Source of the DNA: Neoconidiobolus thromboides FSU 785
Taxonomy: Eukaryota > Fungi > Entomophthoromycota
Length of the DNA: 64,000 nt
NCBI GenBank assembly: GCA_025603075.1
Contig: MU626264.1
Location: 124,001 to 188,000 of the forward strand
Direction of reading: 5' to 3'
Notes under the pieces: generated by a model
What the model was told of the DNA's origin: nothing
Database searches by the model: none
Seen by the model: the letters and a program-made list of their open reading frames with translations, nothing else
Part shown: piece by piece, positions 10,586-23,135 of the stretch
How positions within the stretch are numbered: the stretch's first letter is position 1
Layout of the letters: each line of letters begins with the position of its first letter
Program-made: the position numbers and the translations under genes

Positions 10586-12927
10586 ATGAGTTTAACAGCG
10601 CCCAATTTAGGTTCTCCATTTACTTCTATCTCACCTAAACTCAATGAAACAATTATCTCCAATTTAACTTCCCAAAACATATGTAATATGACGCCAGTAC
10701 AAGAAGGTACTATTCCATTATTGTTAGGTAATAAAGATGTAGTAGTTGAAGTAAGTATTTGATTATTAAAATCTGTTTTAAATCACAAACAAAAATAACT
10801 TAATACTATTCGAATTAAAACAAAAATAATACAATATTAATTGATTTTTTGAAATAGGCAGTGACTGGTAGTGGTAAAACATTAGCTTATTTAATACCAG
10901 TAATTGAACGTATTAAAGCCAACCATTTAAGTGGTATTGTTATTGCACCAACAAGAGAATTAGGAGAACAAATTTATAAAGTATTTGAAAGTTTAACTAT
11001 AGGATTAAATATTCAAGGTTTATTATTAACTGGTAATAATAAGTTAGAAAAGGATAAAAAGGAGATTAAGAATAAAACAATTAATGTAATTATTGGTACT
11101 CCAGGTAGAGTATTTGAAATATTAAATAGTGGATTATTAAAAACAAAAGAATTGGAAGTACTCGTGTTGGATGAAGCTGATAGGTAAACAGAATATAGAA
11201 ATACTTAAAAGTAAAATAATTAATTAATTAATACCATTTTGTTGATTTTATTTTTAGATTATTAGAATTAGGGTTTTATAATATTTTAAATAGTATTTTA
11301 AAATTAATACCAAAACAACGAAGAACAGGTCTTTTTTCAGCAACAATGACCGATGATTTATCTGAATTAGTTAGATTGGGATTAAGAAATCCAGTTAAAG
11401 TAGTAGTGAAAGTTAATGTTAAAAATCAGTTAAGTAATAATCAACAAAGAATTCCAGATAAGTAAGTGAATTATATTTTAATTGAATAAGTATAAAACAT
11501 TAATGAAAACATATTTTAGACTTGAAATTGAGTATATAAAATTAAATTTTAAAGATAAATTATCTACAATGATAAATTATATTCAACAAAGTCAATTTAA
11601 TAAATTTATTATTTATTTTGCTACTTGTTATCAAGTAGATTATTATTTTAAAGTAAGAATTAAGTTATTATTGCCATAAATATAATTTTATTAATATTAA
11701 TATATTAAAGTTACTCAAATTACTACCTGAATTAATTGATTATGAATTAGTATCTTTACATGGTAAAATGGAAGTTAAAAGAAGAAATAGTAAATATTAA
11801 TTGATCTCAAATCCTCTTTCATTAACCTCTCCATTTTTTTTAGTCGTTTATAACAAATATATTGCCCTTAATGATTTACAAAAATCGATTTTATTAACCA
11901 CGGATGTAGCCAGTCGAGGGCTAGATATTCCTTATGTAGATTGTGTTATACAATATGATTTACCTGTTGATCCAAAACAATTTTCTCATCGTTGTGGACG
12001 TACAGCACGAAACGGAGAGAGTGGAAATGCGTTATTTTTTTTAAAATTTGGTACCGAAGAATTATATCCTGATTTTTTAAAAGTTCGAAAGATACCCACG
12101 ACCGAGTTGAAGATACAGACTAATGAGGAAAAGAGTAATAAGCTGTTCGAAGAATTGAGAAACAAAATGTTGGAAGATAGAGAGTTGATTGAAAAGGTAA
12201 GGATTCAAATAAGATAGTTTTATTTTTTTACATGTAATTATTAATATTGTTTTTGTAGTCAGCTCAATCGTTTGTTGCTTATGTTAAAGCTTATTCCAAT
12301 CATCAAGCTTCTTATATCTTTCGTATTAAAGAACTAGACTTTGAAGATTTAGCTTATTCCTTTTGTTTGTTAAGAGTAAGTTAACTTTAGTTTATTTAAC
12401 CATATTTATTATTTAATGAATATTCTAATCAACTTTCTATATTTAGTTACCAGCAATGCCAGAATTAAAAAACAAAAAGTTCAATTATCCAGAGATTAAA
12501 ATAGACGTAAGTGTTTTTATTTGATAATATAGCTTAAAAAACAAAAGTTTATATTTAATGTTTTTTTATTTTAGTTAAAAACAATAAGTTATAAAAATTC
12601 TCAATTAGAAAAAAATCGATTAAATAATGTAAAAAAAATGCAAACGCCTGTTAAGTAAGTTTCATTCTATTTTTGACTTAGATCATATCATTATTATCAT
12701 TATTATCATTATACTATTATATTTCTATTACTGTTTTGATAGTAATGTTTGTTGATGTTTCTGTATTTGTATTTGTATATTATTTATATTAACTTTATTT
12801 ATCTAGACCTGAGACAAGTAAAAAACAAAAATCAGCACCATGGTCTAATACAAAAGACAAAAGCGAAAAGAAAATTAAACGTAAAGAAAATGCATTGAAG
12901 AAAGCTAAATTACAATTGGAGAATTAA
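10586..12927 (+). CDS. SPB4: DEAD-box RNA helicase SPB4/DDX55 (60S biogenesis), multi-exon
   Basis: Q motif [52 protein letters not shown]; C-terminal [24 protein letters not shown] and APWS motifs typical of Spb4. Confidence 0.88.
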
Positions 12928-13129
12928 AGAAATTGAGTTATAATAACTAAAGTAACATTGCAAACTTAAAAAGAGAGAAGAAAGAAAGAAGAGATATTAT
13001 TATTGTTAACTATTATAGATTTAAAAAATAAACTTATTATTATTATTATTTATTGGTATAAAGTTTTCTGATTAATTATTTATAAAAGCTAGTTTTGATT
13101 TGATGATTCTATTAAATTATTCAACATAT

Positions 13130-13225
13130 GGGGGTGCTTTTGGCTTCACCACTTTATATATGTTTTAAGCGCTATTTGAGCAAAAAATTTGTTGGTAAAA
13201 TTCTTGAACCTAAAAATACATCGCC
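13130..13225 (-). mobile_element. MITE family copy 4
   Basis: TIRs and core AAGCGCTATTTGAGC; AT flanks. Confidence 0.85.
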
Positions 13226-14146
13226 ATACTATTAGAATTTAATTTTGATTTTATATAATTAGATAAAGACAAAAAAAATCAAGTTGAAAAGTTATAGATG
13301 GCAATTTTTATTATTAAAAAAATTAAAATTAAAATTTAATGTAAATAATAATAATTCAGAAAAAATAAAATAGTATTTAATCTTAACTTCAACCTTAACT
13401 AGCATTAGTTCGACTTAATTTAATTAAATTCATATTATTTAGACGTATACTTTAGTACAATTGCAACTAAAAAACAATTATTTTGTATCAATTTAAAAAT
13501 GTAATTCAATAACAATGATATTAGATTTCAACTTAATATTCAAATTTTTTTTTAAAATTTTAATAAAATCATTCATCCAAATTTGGTAATATTTGAAAAT
13601 TAGCCCCATTCTTTTTTATCCCCGATAATTTACTATTACTATTTTATTCTAATTGGGGTAAATTATTTGCATGTTCTATTTTTAATTTGAACTCAATATT
13701 TGACTTCAAACATTAACAATGATTATTGAATCTAACTTTTTGTTTTAAATAAAATAATAAAATTTAGATCTCTTCTTAATTAGATTTTAGTATTACTAAA
13801 CCAACTAATAAGTATCAATTATCTTATTCAATAGTACATTCTTTAATCAGTATTTTAACATTAAATAGACTTAATTGTGTTAATTAAATTACTACTAATC
13901 TATTCTATCTTTACACTTTTATTTCCTCACTATACAAGAATTGACTGCAACTTAATTTTAATCACTTAAAAGGCAATTTCGGAACAAAATCACTAGCGAT
14001 AATCAATGTTAATATCAAATCAAATAAGATTGTACCTTTACTTTATATATTATTATATATTCTCAAAAATTCATAGCTATATAAACAACAATTATAAATG
14101 ATAAGCGTATTAGTTTTATAATAAAAAATCATTATTTTAATAAAAC

Positions 14147-14653
14147 ATGACTGAACAAGAAACATTTTCATCAAAAGTCAATTCATCCTCTATTCAACTT
14201 GATAACATAGAATTTGACCGCAAAAATCCTTGTGATAACAATATTGAAGAAAGCAACTCAACTTCAACTAATATTCAACCAACCGGACTAAAACTCGCCT
14301 TCATTATGTTTTCTTTAATCTTATCTATTTTTCTAGCCTCTATTGATGAAACTATTGTAGCTACTGCTATTAATTCCATAGTGAATGACTTTGGCTCAAA
14401 TGGAGAAGTAACATGGATAGCAGCTTCTTATTTATTAACACAAACGGCATTCCAACCAATTTATGGAAAATTTTCAGATCTATTTGGTCGTAAAACTCTC
14501 CTGTTGTTTTGTTTGACTTTATTTCTAATTGGTAGTATTGGATGTGGTGTAGCTATTAATATAATTATGTTAATTGTACTTCGTGCTGTCTCAGGGGTAG
14601 CTGCTGGTGGTTTGTTTTCTCTTGCTTTTATTGTAATTTCAGGTATGAGTTTT

Positions 14654-14689
<36 letters not shown>

Positions 14690-15943
14690 ACTTTTTAATT
14701 TTTAATTTATTAATTATTAATTATTAATTATAGATGTAGTACCTATGGTACAAAGGGGTCTTTATCAAGGTATAATAAGTGCCACCTTTGCTTTAGCTAA
14801 TGTAGCAGGCCCGTTATTAGGTGGTTTATTAACCGATTATTTAACTTGGAGATGGGTATTTTATATTAATATACCTATTGTAATAATAGCTGGAATAGTC
14901 ATTATATTTTCATTACCTAAATTAAAGTTAAATAACTCAAAATTTAAAGATACGATTCCACGTATTGATTTTTTAGGTACAATATTGTTAGTCGTTGGAA
15001 TTATATTACTTACTCTTGGGTTAAATTGGGGTGGTACAACTTACAGTTGGTCTTCAATTCAAGTTCTATTATGTTTAATTATTAGTCTTGTATTATTGAC
15101 TGCTTTTATATTTGTTGAGAAATATTATGCTAAAGAACCAGTCATTCCAGGAAGATTATTTACGAGAAATTCATTATTAGCCAGTATCAATGCCTTTATG
15201 TATTGTATACCTTTTTTTTCAACTACTTATTATTGGCCATTGTATCACCAACGAGTTCAATTGAAATCCGCATTTGATGCTGGTTTACATGCTTTTCCTC
15301 CTTTATTAGCAGTATGTTTATGTTCGGTAGCTTCGGGTTTACTTGCTCAACAATTTCGTACCTATCGACCTATCATGCGCTCTGGTTCAGTTATTCTTTT
15401 AATTGGTATTTCTTTAATGGCTCTATTAAGAAAGGATATTACTCAAGCTGAACTCTTTGTTTTTCCTGTTTTAATTGGAGCAGGTATTGGTTTTAATATT
15501 CAATTAACTTTAACTTGTGCTCAGTTAGCAGTGAATGCTTCGGACGCTGCTATGATCACTTCTTTTATCGCATCTGCACAAACTCTTGGAGGTGTTTTTG
15601 GTTTAGCTATTGTCGGTTCCATTTATAATAACGTTTTATTTAATTCTTTAAAACATAATCTCCCTGAGGAAAATGTAAATTTAATATTTCAATTTCATTC
15701 TATATAGTTATTAATTTTTTTTAGATTACTCAACTTTTGAGTCAACTTAATAATTTGGATACTTTATCTTCTACAATTCAAAAACAAGTAACTGTTTCTT
15801 ATCTTGATGCCTTTCGTACCCTTTTCCTTTCTATGATTCCTTTTTGCGTGATTAGTTTAATATGTACCTTAGCTTGTGAAGATATTCCACTCCAAAATCA
15901 TACAGAAGCTGAAAAAGTAGCTGAGAATTCTAATGAATCATAA
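14147..15943 (+). CDS. MFS drug:H+ antiporter (DHA2, 14-TMS type), 3 exons
   Basis: LASIDETIVATA, WIAASYLL, GKFSDLFGRK, GPLLGGLLTDYLTWRWVFYINIP motifs; two GT-AG introns join the three track ORFs. Confidence 0.9.
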
Positions 15944-16026
15944 ATTTTTTGTAAAGTCATTGAATAGATTTAGCTATTAGGATAATAATACTATTAAATA
16001 TTATTATTCAAAATGATTTACTATTT

Positions 16027-16123
16027 GGGGACATATTTTTATGTCTAAGAATTTTACTAACAATTTTTTCACTCAAATAGCGCTTAAAAGATGGGAAAAA
16101 CAATGAAGCCAAAAAACATCCCC
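16027..16123 (+). mobile_element. MITE family copy 5
   Basis: TIRs and core; flanked by ATTT on both sides. Confidence 0.85.
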
Positions 16124-16187
16124 ATTTATTTATTATCTTTGATGGATTTTAATAAATGTTTTTAGTTAAAAAGCTCTAAAAATTATA

Positions 16188-16287
16188 GAGGAATATTTTT
16201 TTTGGTTTTACTACTTTTTCCATTTTTTAAGCACTACTTGAGCAGAAAGGTTATTGGTAAAATTCTGAAACATAAAAACACATCCCC
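16188..16287 (-). mobile_element. MITE family copy 6
   Basis: Core AAGCACTACTTGAGCAG and right TIR ACACATCCCC. Confidence 0.8.
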
Positions 16288-17108
16288 ATATAATATAATA
16301 CTTTTTGAATATAGAAATTCAAATATTGCTAAATTATTTATTATATTTATGTTATTGAATTTTTTATAATTAATATCCAATACTACAATATTAAATCATA
16401 GTATTAAAATAATTAATCAAGTACTATTTTTAAATATTGTATATTATTATCATAGAAAAGCTAACTTATTATATAATTATTTTGATTTATGCTATTTTTT
16501 TTGCTATTTTTTAACATTTTTAAATTATTAAAAGTTTTGTGATTTTATAAATTTTGTTTATTTAATATCAATTTTAAAGATACTCCAAAAACTTAAAACA
16601 AATATTATATTAAATATGTTAAATTTTATACTTAGACTTAAATCAAAGCAAAAATTAATAGTAGTGTTAAAACTAATATTATATTAAATTTATATTACTA
16701 AAATAAACATAGTGCTTTAATTTGAAATTAATTTAAAATTACTAGCTTTTTAAAGTTTTTTAATGTAAAAAAATCCGCTTTAATTGGTGAAAATTATCCC
16801 ATCAACATTCAAGTTGTATTTTAAAGCTTAAAATATTTGTTTTAAAACATAACAACTTGCTAATTGTCTTGAAAAAAGGTAGCAATAGTAATAGTTCTTT
16901 AATGGAAAAATTCGATTGTAATTTAATAAGAACTTGCAAGTTTAGTACCTCATTCAAGAATCTAAAAAATAATCAATAAAAAAAGAAAAGTCTATAAAAA
17001 GCGTCAAAATATCATTGAAAAATTTTAACTTAAAAATGTTTCTTAATAACTTTATATTGATTGTCATCTCAAAACGAAATAAGGGTATAGCATATCTCAC
17101 ACATCAGT

Positions 17109-17327
17109 ATGAACAAATTTAAAGCAAATGCTGGAGAAGGAGATAAAATTGTGGAAAAAGAGAGCAATTGTATATATCTCAATAATAACTGTGTAGTACA
17201 AGCAGACTATCAAACATTAAATTTGTAATCAATGTATTATGAGATTGAAATATTAGATTCTGATAACAAATTTGAGGTTTTAGTCGGATATACTAATAAA
17301 AGTGGTTTCAAAATTCATAGTAATTAA
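17109..17327 (+). pseudogene. Possible SPRY-domain gene remnant
   Basis: Frame reads VVQADYQTLNL*SMYYEIEILDSDNKFEVLVGYT, resembling the SPRY YFEVEI...IG strands; internal stop; ends at a MITE. Confidence 0.3.
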
Positions 17328-17334
17328 TATATGT

Positions 17335-17428
17335 GGGAGTGTTTTAACTTCATTATTTTTTCCATTTTTAAGCGCTATTTGAGCGGAAAATTTGTTAGTA
17401 AAATTCTTAAACACAAAAATACATCCCC
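17335..17428 (-). mobile_element. MITE family copy 7 (GGGAGTG subtype)
   Basis: Nearly identical to the copy at 29437. Confidence 0.9.
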
Positions 17429-17476
17429 ATATAATAATAGCTATTAAATTTAATGACTTTCGATAAAGACACATAT

Positions 17477-17574
17477 GCGGAAGTCTTTTTTGATTTCATT
17501 ACTTTTCCGTTTTTTAAACGTTATTTGGGGTGGAAAGATTGTTAGGAAAAGTCTTAAATAAAAAACATACCCTC
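17477..17574 (-). mobile_element. MITE family copy 8 (diverged)
   Basis: Degenerate TIRs and recognisable core; ATAT flanks. Confidence 0.75.
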
Positions 17575-17771
17575 ATATACTATTTAAATAATAAATTTAT
17601 GGTATAAATACTAATAAAAGACAATATCCAAATACTTTATCCATACATTAAAAAAGGCAATATTATAGACTGCTTTTACGACTTAAGATTGAGTAAAGTA
17701 ACGTTTACATATAGTAGTGGTGACTTACGCTATTACAAATTTCAATCAAATGTAATATATCCCATATATAT

Positions 17772-17868
17772 GGGGACGTATTTCTGTATTTAAGAGTTTA
17801 CTAACAATTTTCCATTCAAATAGCGCTTAAAAGATGGAAAAAGTAATGAAGCCAAAAAAAACATCGCC
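17772..17868 (+). mobile_element. MITE family copy 9
   Basis: GGGGACGTATTTCTG ... AAAAACATCGCC; ATAT flanks. Confidence 0.88.
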
Positions 17869-18464
17869 ATATGATAATAAAGATACATCACTCAAATATA
17901 ATTTTGGTAGCTAACCCTCCTATTATCGTCGTGGTAACCAACTTAGAGTTGATTCAGTATCCAACTATGCTCAACAAATTCCTCCTAGTTATTAGATTTC
18001 ATTGGTAATATTCTTTTAATTATTTAGTATTATTAAGTAAACATGTCAATGGCCTCACATCCCTTGTTAAGATATTAACAACCCAGCAAAGCGTTAATAA
18101 ATATACTTAAATAAATGTCCAAACTTGATAGTAATAGAGCCTTGATAATTTAATTTATAAGCTTTTGAAACTTGATCTTTGTTGATATGATATTGCAATT
18201 TCATCTACCTCTTCAAAAGACATCAAGCAGCATCTTGCTTCCTTGAAAAGTCAAATATACTAAAAGCGTATTATTTATTACCATAAAGGCAAAATACAAA
18301 AAGCTATTATTATTATGTGTTTGCTGAAAAATATTTATTTTAGTAACTTTGAGTACTTGCTTATGACTCTTTTTTAAATATAAAAAACATTGAAGTGAAA
18401 AGTATTTTAGATTAACAAAATGATATCACACCGCCAATACAAAAGGCTATTTGATGCACCATTT

Positions 18465-18562
18465 AGGGATGTATTTAAGGGTTTAAGGATTTTACCAATA
18501 AATTTTACGCTCAAATAGTGCTTAAAAGATGGAAAAAGTAATGAAACCAAAAAAATATCTCC
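18465..18562 (+). mobile_element. MITE family copy 10
   Basis: AGGGATGTATTT ... ATATCTCC; ATTT flanks. Confidence 0.8.
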
Positions 18563-18691
18563 ATTTATTTTTTTAAGCACTTTCAAAGAAATATTGAGCA
18601 AGTAAAAATTGTAAAAGCTTAAAATATCTATTGATAATTGATTAAATGCACTTATTAACATATAAATAACTTTAACTTGATTAATTTATAA

Positions 18692-18731
18692 AATGAGTAA
18701 CTAATGAGTAACTAATGAGTAACTAATGAGT
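18692..18731 (+). repeat. 11-bp tandem repeat (AATGAGTAACT) x3.6 upstream of the F-box gene
   Basis: AATGAGTAACT AATGAGTAACT AATGAGTAACT AATGAGT read directly. Confidence 0.9.
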
Positions 18732-18866
18732 GCTTTTATATAGGATAAATAATCATAAAGTAAATAAAAGTGATTAAATAATGAACCAATATTCTACTTA
18801 ATTATATTATCACAAAGTATAAATAAAGTGAAGAATTAATAATTTCTTGCTTTTTTTAAACTTGAA

Positions 18867-20252
18867 ATGACTACTTTAAAACTAGATAACTTACCCGACA
18901 TTGTGGCTGATACTATTTTTGATTTCCTATCACCAGATGTTTTATATGATTTAAGGTTTTTAAACAAAGCACTATTTAAACAAATCAACCAACTTATTTT
19001 CAGCCATTTATGTTATTCTATCTATTTAGATCTACCATATTATCCATGTATTGAATATCCATTATGTAAAAAGCATAGCAGATACTCATATATTCAGTTT
19101 TCCTTTTACAAAAAGTACAGAAACAATATACAGTATCTAAGGCTAACAAGTTTTCAATTAAAATATTTATCGCTATGTCCTAACATTGTAATATTAAATA
19201 TCGATTATACAAAATTAACCAACATAGATACATTAGATAAGTTAATACCACATAAACTGCCTTACATAAAAAATATAATTTTAGCTACTGAATATAATTA
19301 TAAATCTATCTTATTAAAGCATATTAATTTACTACATCAGGCTAAAAAAGTAACAGTAACTATTAAAGGTTTATTAGAATTAGATTTTCTTGTTAGCTTA
19401 CTTGATCCAGAGAAACTCACAACATTGGAAATTAAATGTAATGCAGTTAATTTAACCGCCCTCGGAAAACTAAAAGTGCTATTCGTACAATTAAAGAAGC
19501 TAATAGTTATATCCAGTAGATTTTCTATACACTCAAATTTTAATGATACTTCGAATTTTCATTCACTTGAAATATTAAGGGTAACAGGCATCCCAGTAAA
19601 AAAGGTTCCTTTAAGATACTTAGGTGATATCTCTAAAATAAAGCATGTATTTATAGATATTGATGACTTTATTTATCAAGACACAATAAAGTCGACACAT
19701 CCAACTATTCAATCTTTTGGTTTCACTAGCTCAATGTCTAACATAAAGTCACTTTTCAATGTTTTATGTTTAAGAGAAATTTGTATTAGTGGAACAATTG
19801 CTTTTGAATCCACATTCAGGGCCATTTTATGCTTACGAAATCTTCAAGTATTAACTATTCACGATTTAAACCTTATAAACCACAAATTTAATTCATATTA
19901 TTACATTGCTGATGACAAGAAGGATCTTAAAGTAAAGGATCTGAGAGCACTATTTGAAAATATTCAAAACTTTATACACTCTAATTCAATTAGAAAGGTC
20001 ACTTTTAACCAATGCTACATTCCATCTAATACCTTATCTATCATTTTATTTTTTCTAAATGGCATTAGAGTAGTTAAATTTTTAGATGGAAAATGGAACC
20101 CTGGGGAAAACGTGTTATTCAGCGTATATTATAAAAAAGAGCCATTTATAATCCAAATTGATAGAAAATCTATAAATAACAGTTCATCAAAGTATAATAC
20201 TCTACTTTCTTATTTTAGTCATGTGAACATTATTTTGGATATCTTAGAATAA
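18867..20252 (+). CDS. F-box domain protein with degenerate LRR-like C-terminus (intronless, 461 aa)
   Basis: LDNLPDIVADTIFDFLSPDVLYDLRFLNK F-box pattern; LCPNIVILNI, LPYIKNIIL, LRNLQVLTI repeats. Confidence 0.78.
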   Translation: MTTLKLDNLPDIVADTIFDFLSPDVLYDLRFLNKALFKQINQLIFSHLCYSIYLDLPYYPCIEYPLCKKHSRYSYIQFSFYKKYRNNIQYLRLTSFQLKYLSLCPNIVILNIDYTKLTNIDTLDKLIPHKLPYIKNIILATEYNYKSILLKHINLLHQAKKVTVTIKGLLELDFLVSLLDPEKLTTLEIKCNAVNLTALGKLKVLFVQLKKLIVISSRFSIHSNFNDTSNFHSLEILRVTGIPVKKVPLRYLGDISKIKHVFIDIDDFIYQDTIKSTHPTIQSFGFTSSMSNIKSLFNVLCLREICISGTIAFESTFRAILCLRNLQVLTIHDLNLINHKFNSYYYIADDKKDLKVKDLRALFENIQNFIHSNSIRKVTFNQCYIPSNTLSIILFFLNGIRVVKFLDGKWNPGENVLFSVYYKKEPFIIQIDRKSINNSSSKYNTLLSYFSHVNIILDILE

Positions 20253-20517
20253 TATTATTAAAGAATTAAAACCATGTATTGTTACCTTCGAAGGTTAATT
20301 TACGGCTTTATTTACTAGAATCATGAATGAAGGTTCATCTCTCTCCTATTGTTGTTAAAAATAAACTATAAATGTTTTGAAATATAACTTTATCGAAAAA
20401 AATCTTGAAAAAACATGTAATGGTAGATAAAATAGTATATAATTTTATAAATAAATTCAATAGTTAGTTTTACAGTACTATAAGGAAAAGGTAATTAACA
20501 AAATAAAACTTTAAAAA

Positions 20518-23135
20518 TTAACGGCGATATTTTGGTCTAGCAAAATCGGGATGCTTTAACATTTCGGCACAATCAAATCCTCCCTCTTTAGAATCTAATG
20601 AATAGGAACTAGGTTCACTATCCGATCTTAATATCAAGGGATCCTTTTTAGAATATAGAGGTAATGAATTTTCCACATTTTGTGTCGATAATGAATGTTT
20701 ACCATGATTAGATATGTTAACAGATTTTGCTTTTTGCATCATGGATGGCGATTTAGCTTTAGGAATTTGATAAGGATCCACTTTCAATTCTCCTTTATTG
20801 TCGTTTTTATTTACTTGTTTAATTTCATCTTTTGGTTGACTACTTTTTCCTGTCCATCTAAGTTTATTAAATACTGATGTATCATACCATGATTTATTAC
20901 GAGTTCCAGATTTGGGTTTAGGATTTGCTGCAGATGCAGCTGCTGGGTTAGGTACTTGACCTTTGATAATAGCTTCAAGATTATCCGATACTTCCAATTC
21001 TGAAGGCTCATTTGTATTTTCTTCATCTTCATCTTCAAATGTTTCGCTGGTAACTGGTATACCAACTTCTTTCATTAATGTTGGCATCATATGACGATAG
21101 GCTAAATGACCTGACACTAAATGAGTAACATCTACGTTTTCTACCCCTTCCACATTTTGTACTGGGTTAAGTCCAGCAATTGAAAAACTAGTGGAGGCAG
21201 CTCGATATAAGAAACCTAAGATCCAATCACTTTTCACATGCCCATTAACGAATCGTCCAGAAACAACAGAGGCACTTTCTTTCCATTGTTTTTGGGAAGC
21301 AGTAATTGGCGCTCCAAATATATAAACATTTTCAACAATACCAAATGCTTTTAATCGACTTAACTCCAACAAACAATAAAAGATGACGCGTGCGCCAAGA
21401 GAAAATCCAACCAATGAAACTGGACGATGACCTTGTGCATGGTTTAATAATATATCCGCTAAAACTAGGCCTGCTTTTTCAGCTAATACTAAACCATTAG
21501 ACCAAGGATTATCAACTAAATAACCTAATTTACTAAGTGCCATTGGAACTGCTAATGCAGCTAAAAGGGCACTTAACAATGTATGCTTTAAAATTTCTTG
21601 AGCAGCAAATGATAACACTTCACCTGCTAATAGTTTTAATGAATTACCAAGGTGTTTTAAAGCTTCTGGTTCCCATAATAATGAAAAATGATCACCAATT
21701 CGACTATCTACCATGCTAAATGGTTTTGTTACATCTTCTCCTTTACCTGGAAGCCATCCTGTTATACTTAATAATACACTCGATCTTTTGTTATCATAAA
21801 TAGGTAAAAATTCAAATATATTCACTCCTCTTGTTCTTTTTTCCATTTTTTGACCAGCAATGGCTATAAATTTAATTAATCAATATGTATACTTGATTTT
21901 ACTTTAACTTACTTCCACCAGCAACAACACCTCCAGTGGCAATTAATGCCGTACCACCAGCACCTGCAAAAAAAGTCGATGTACCAGCTAAACCCAAACC
22001 AGTAAAAGCAGCTCCAACACCGGTTGCAATTACGGGCGCTAATAAACCAGCTGACAAACCAATAATCACACTACCACCAACAGTAGCTACACCTATTAAT
22101 AACAATCTTGATTTTAAATTAGTCTTTTTCCTTGCTTTTGTTTCAGAAGTATGAGTTAATGCTTCCGCTACTTCATTAATTTGAAATTGTTCCGCTACTC
22201 TTTTTTCTAAATCAATGACATCAAACCAATCCAATTTAATTTCTTCTGCCATTGCTTTTAACAATGTCCTTGATCTTGAATCATAAATATCTTCATTTGT
22301 TAATAACAAAAATAAATCTAATATGATGGTCCATCTTATATCTATTTTTAATGTTTGTGATCCTTTTGGTACATCAATTTGATTAGTCTCATTTAATTTT
22401 TCAATAGTTGCTTTATTCAATCTTGCTTCTTTTGTAGTACAATTTGATAGGATTGTTTTACTTAAATCGGACGGTATAACTCCATGACTACATAATTTAT
22501 CGATCATCACTTGTTCTACAAAAATTAAAATTTAATTCAAATAAAAAAAACAATGGTTTACCTTCTTCACTAACAGCCATATGATTATATAATTTTTTCA
22601 TTATTTTTTTTGCAAAAACAGTATAACTTGCATTAGCTGAAGCATACTCTTTAATTTTGAAGGGATATTTACTAGTTTGTTGCGTTAACAATACTCTACA
22701 TAAAGCTACATAAGCAAATTTTTCTTCATCTGTAAATATATCTTTAGTTGCTTCTATATGTTTATTTCTATTTGATAGATTATCCATATTATCTGTTAAA
22801 TTTAATCCTTCATCAATATTCATTAGATTTAATTGAAAATCCACTTCTTCCTCTTCGTTATTTTCTTCTTTGACCATAATAGTTGGTAATGTGGAGGTAG
22901 CTGGAGAAAATACAGGTAATTCACCAATTAAAGTTACATCACTTTGAATGGATAAACCATTGTCATAATCGGTGTGTGAAAGAGTAGTAGTATTTGGTAC
23001 ATGATGATTAAAGTCAATGTATGAGTTCCTTGAAATGGTACTAGTACTCCTTATACTTGGATCTCTTTTAACTTCATTTAATCCATCTTCATTTCCACTT
23101 TCACTGATTGTTACTTCTTGAAATCCGTCCGACAT
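20518..23135 (-). CDS. DUF726 / TMCO4 / Mil1-like membrane protein with lipase-like GxSxG, 3 exons
   Basis: Introns 22561-22516 and 21912-21864 join the three track ORFs; Gly/Ala-rich hydrophobic region, RPVSLVGFSLGAR, VSGRFVNG, SGHLAY. Confidence 0.85.

Noticed and set aside
17335-17868. Repeat-spacer-repeat appearance of adjacent MITE copies (also 29193/29437, 34659/34966, 46704/46889)
   Set aside because: Units are about 99-bp TIR elements with irregular spacing in a eukaryote; not a CRISPR array
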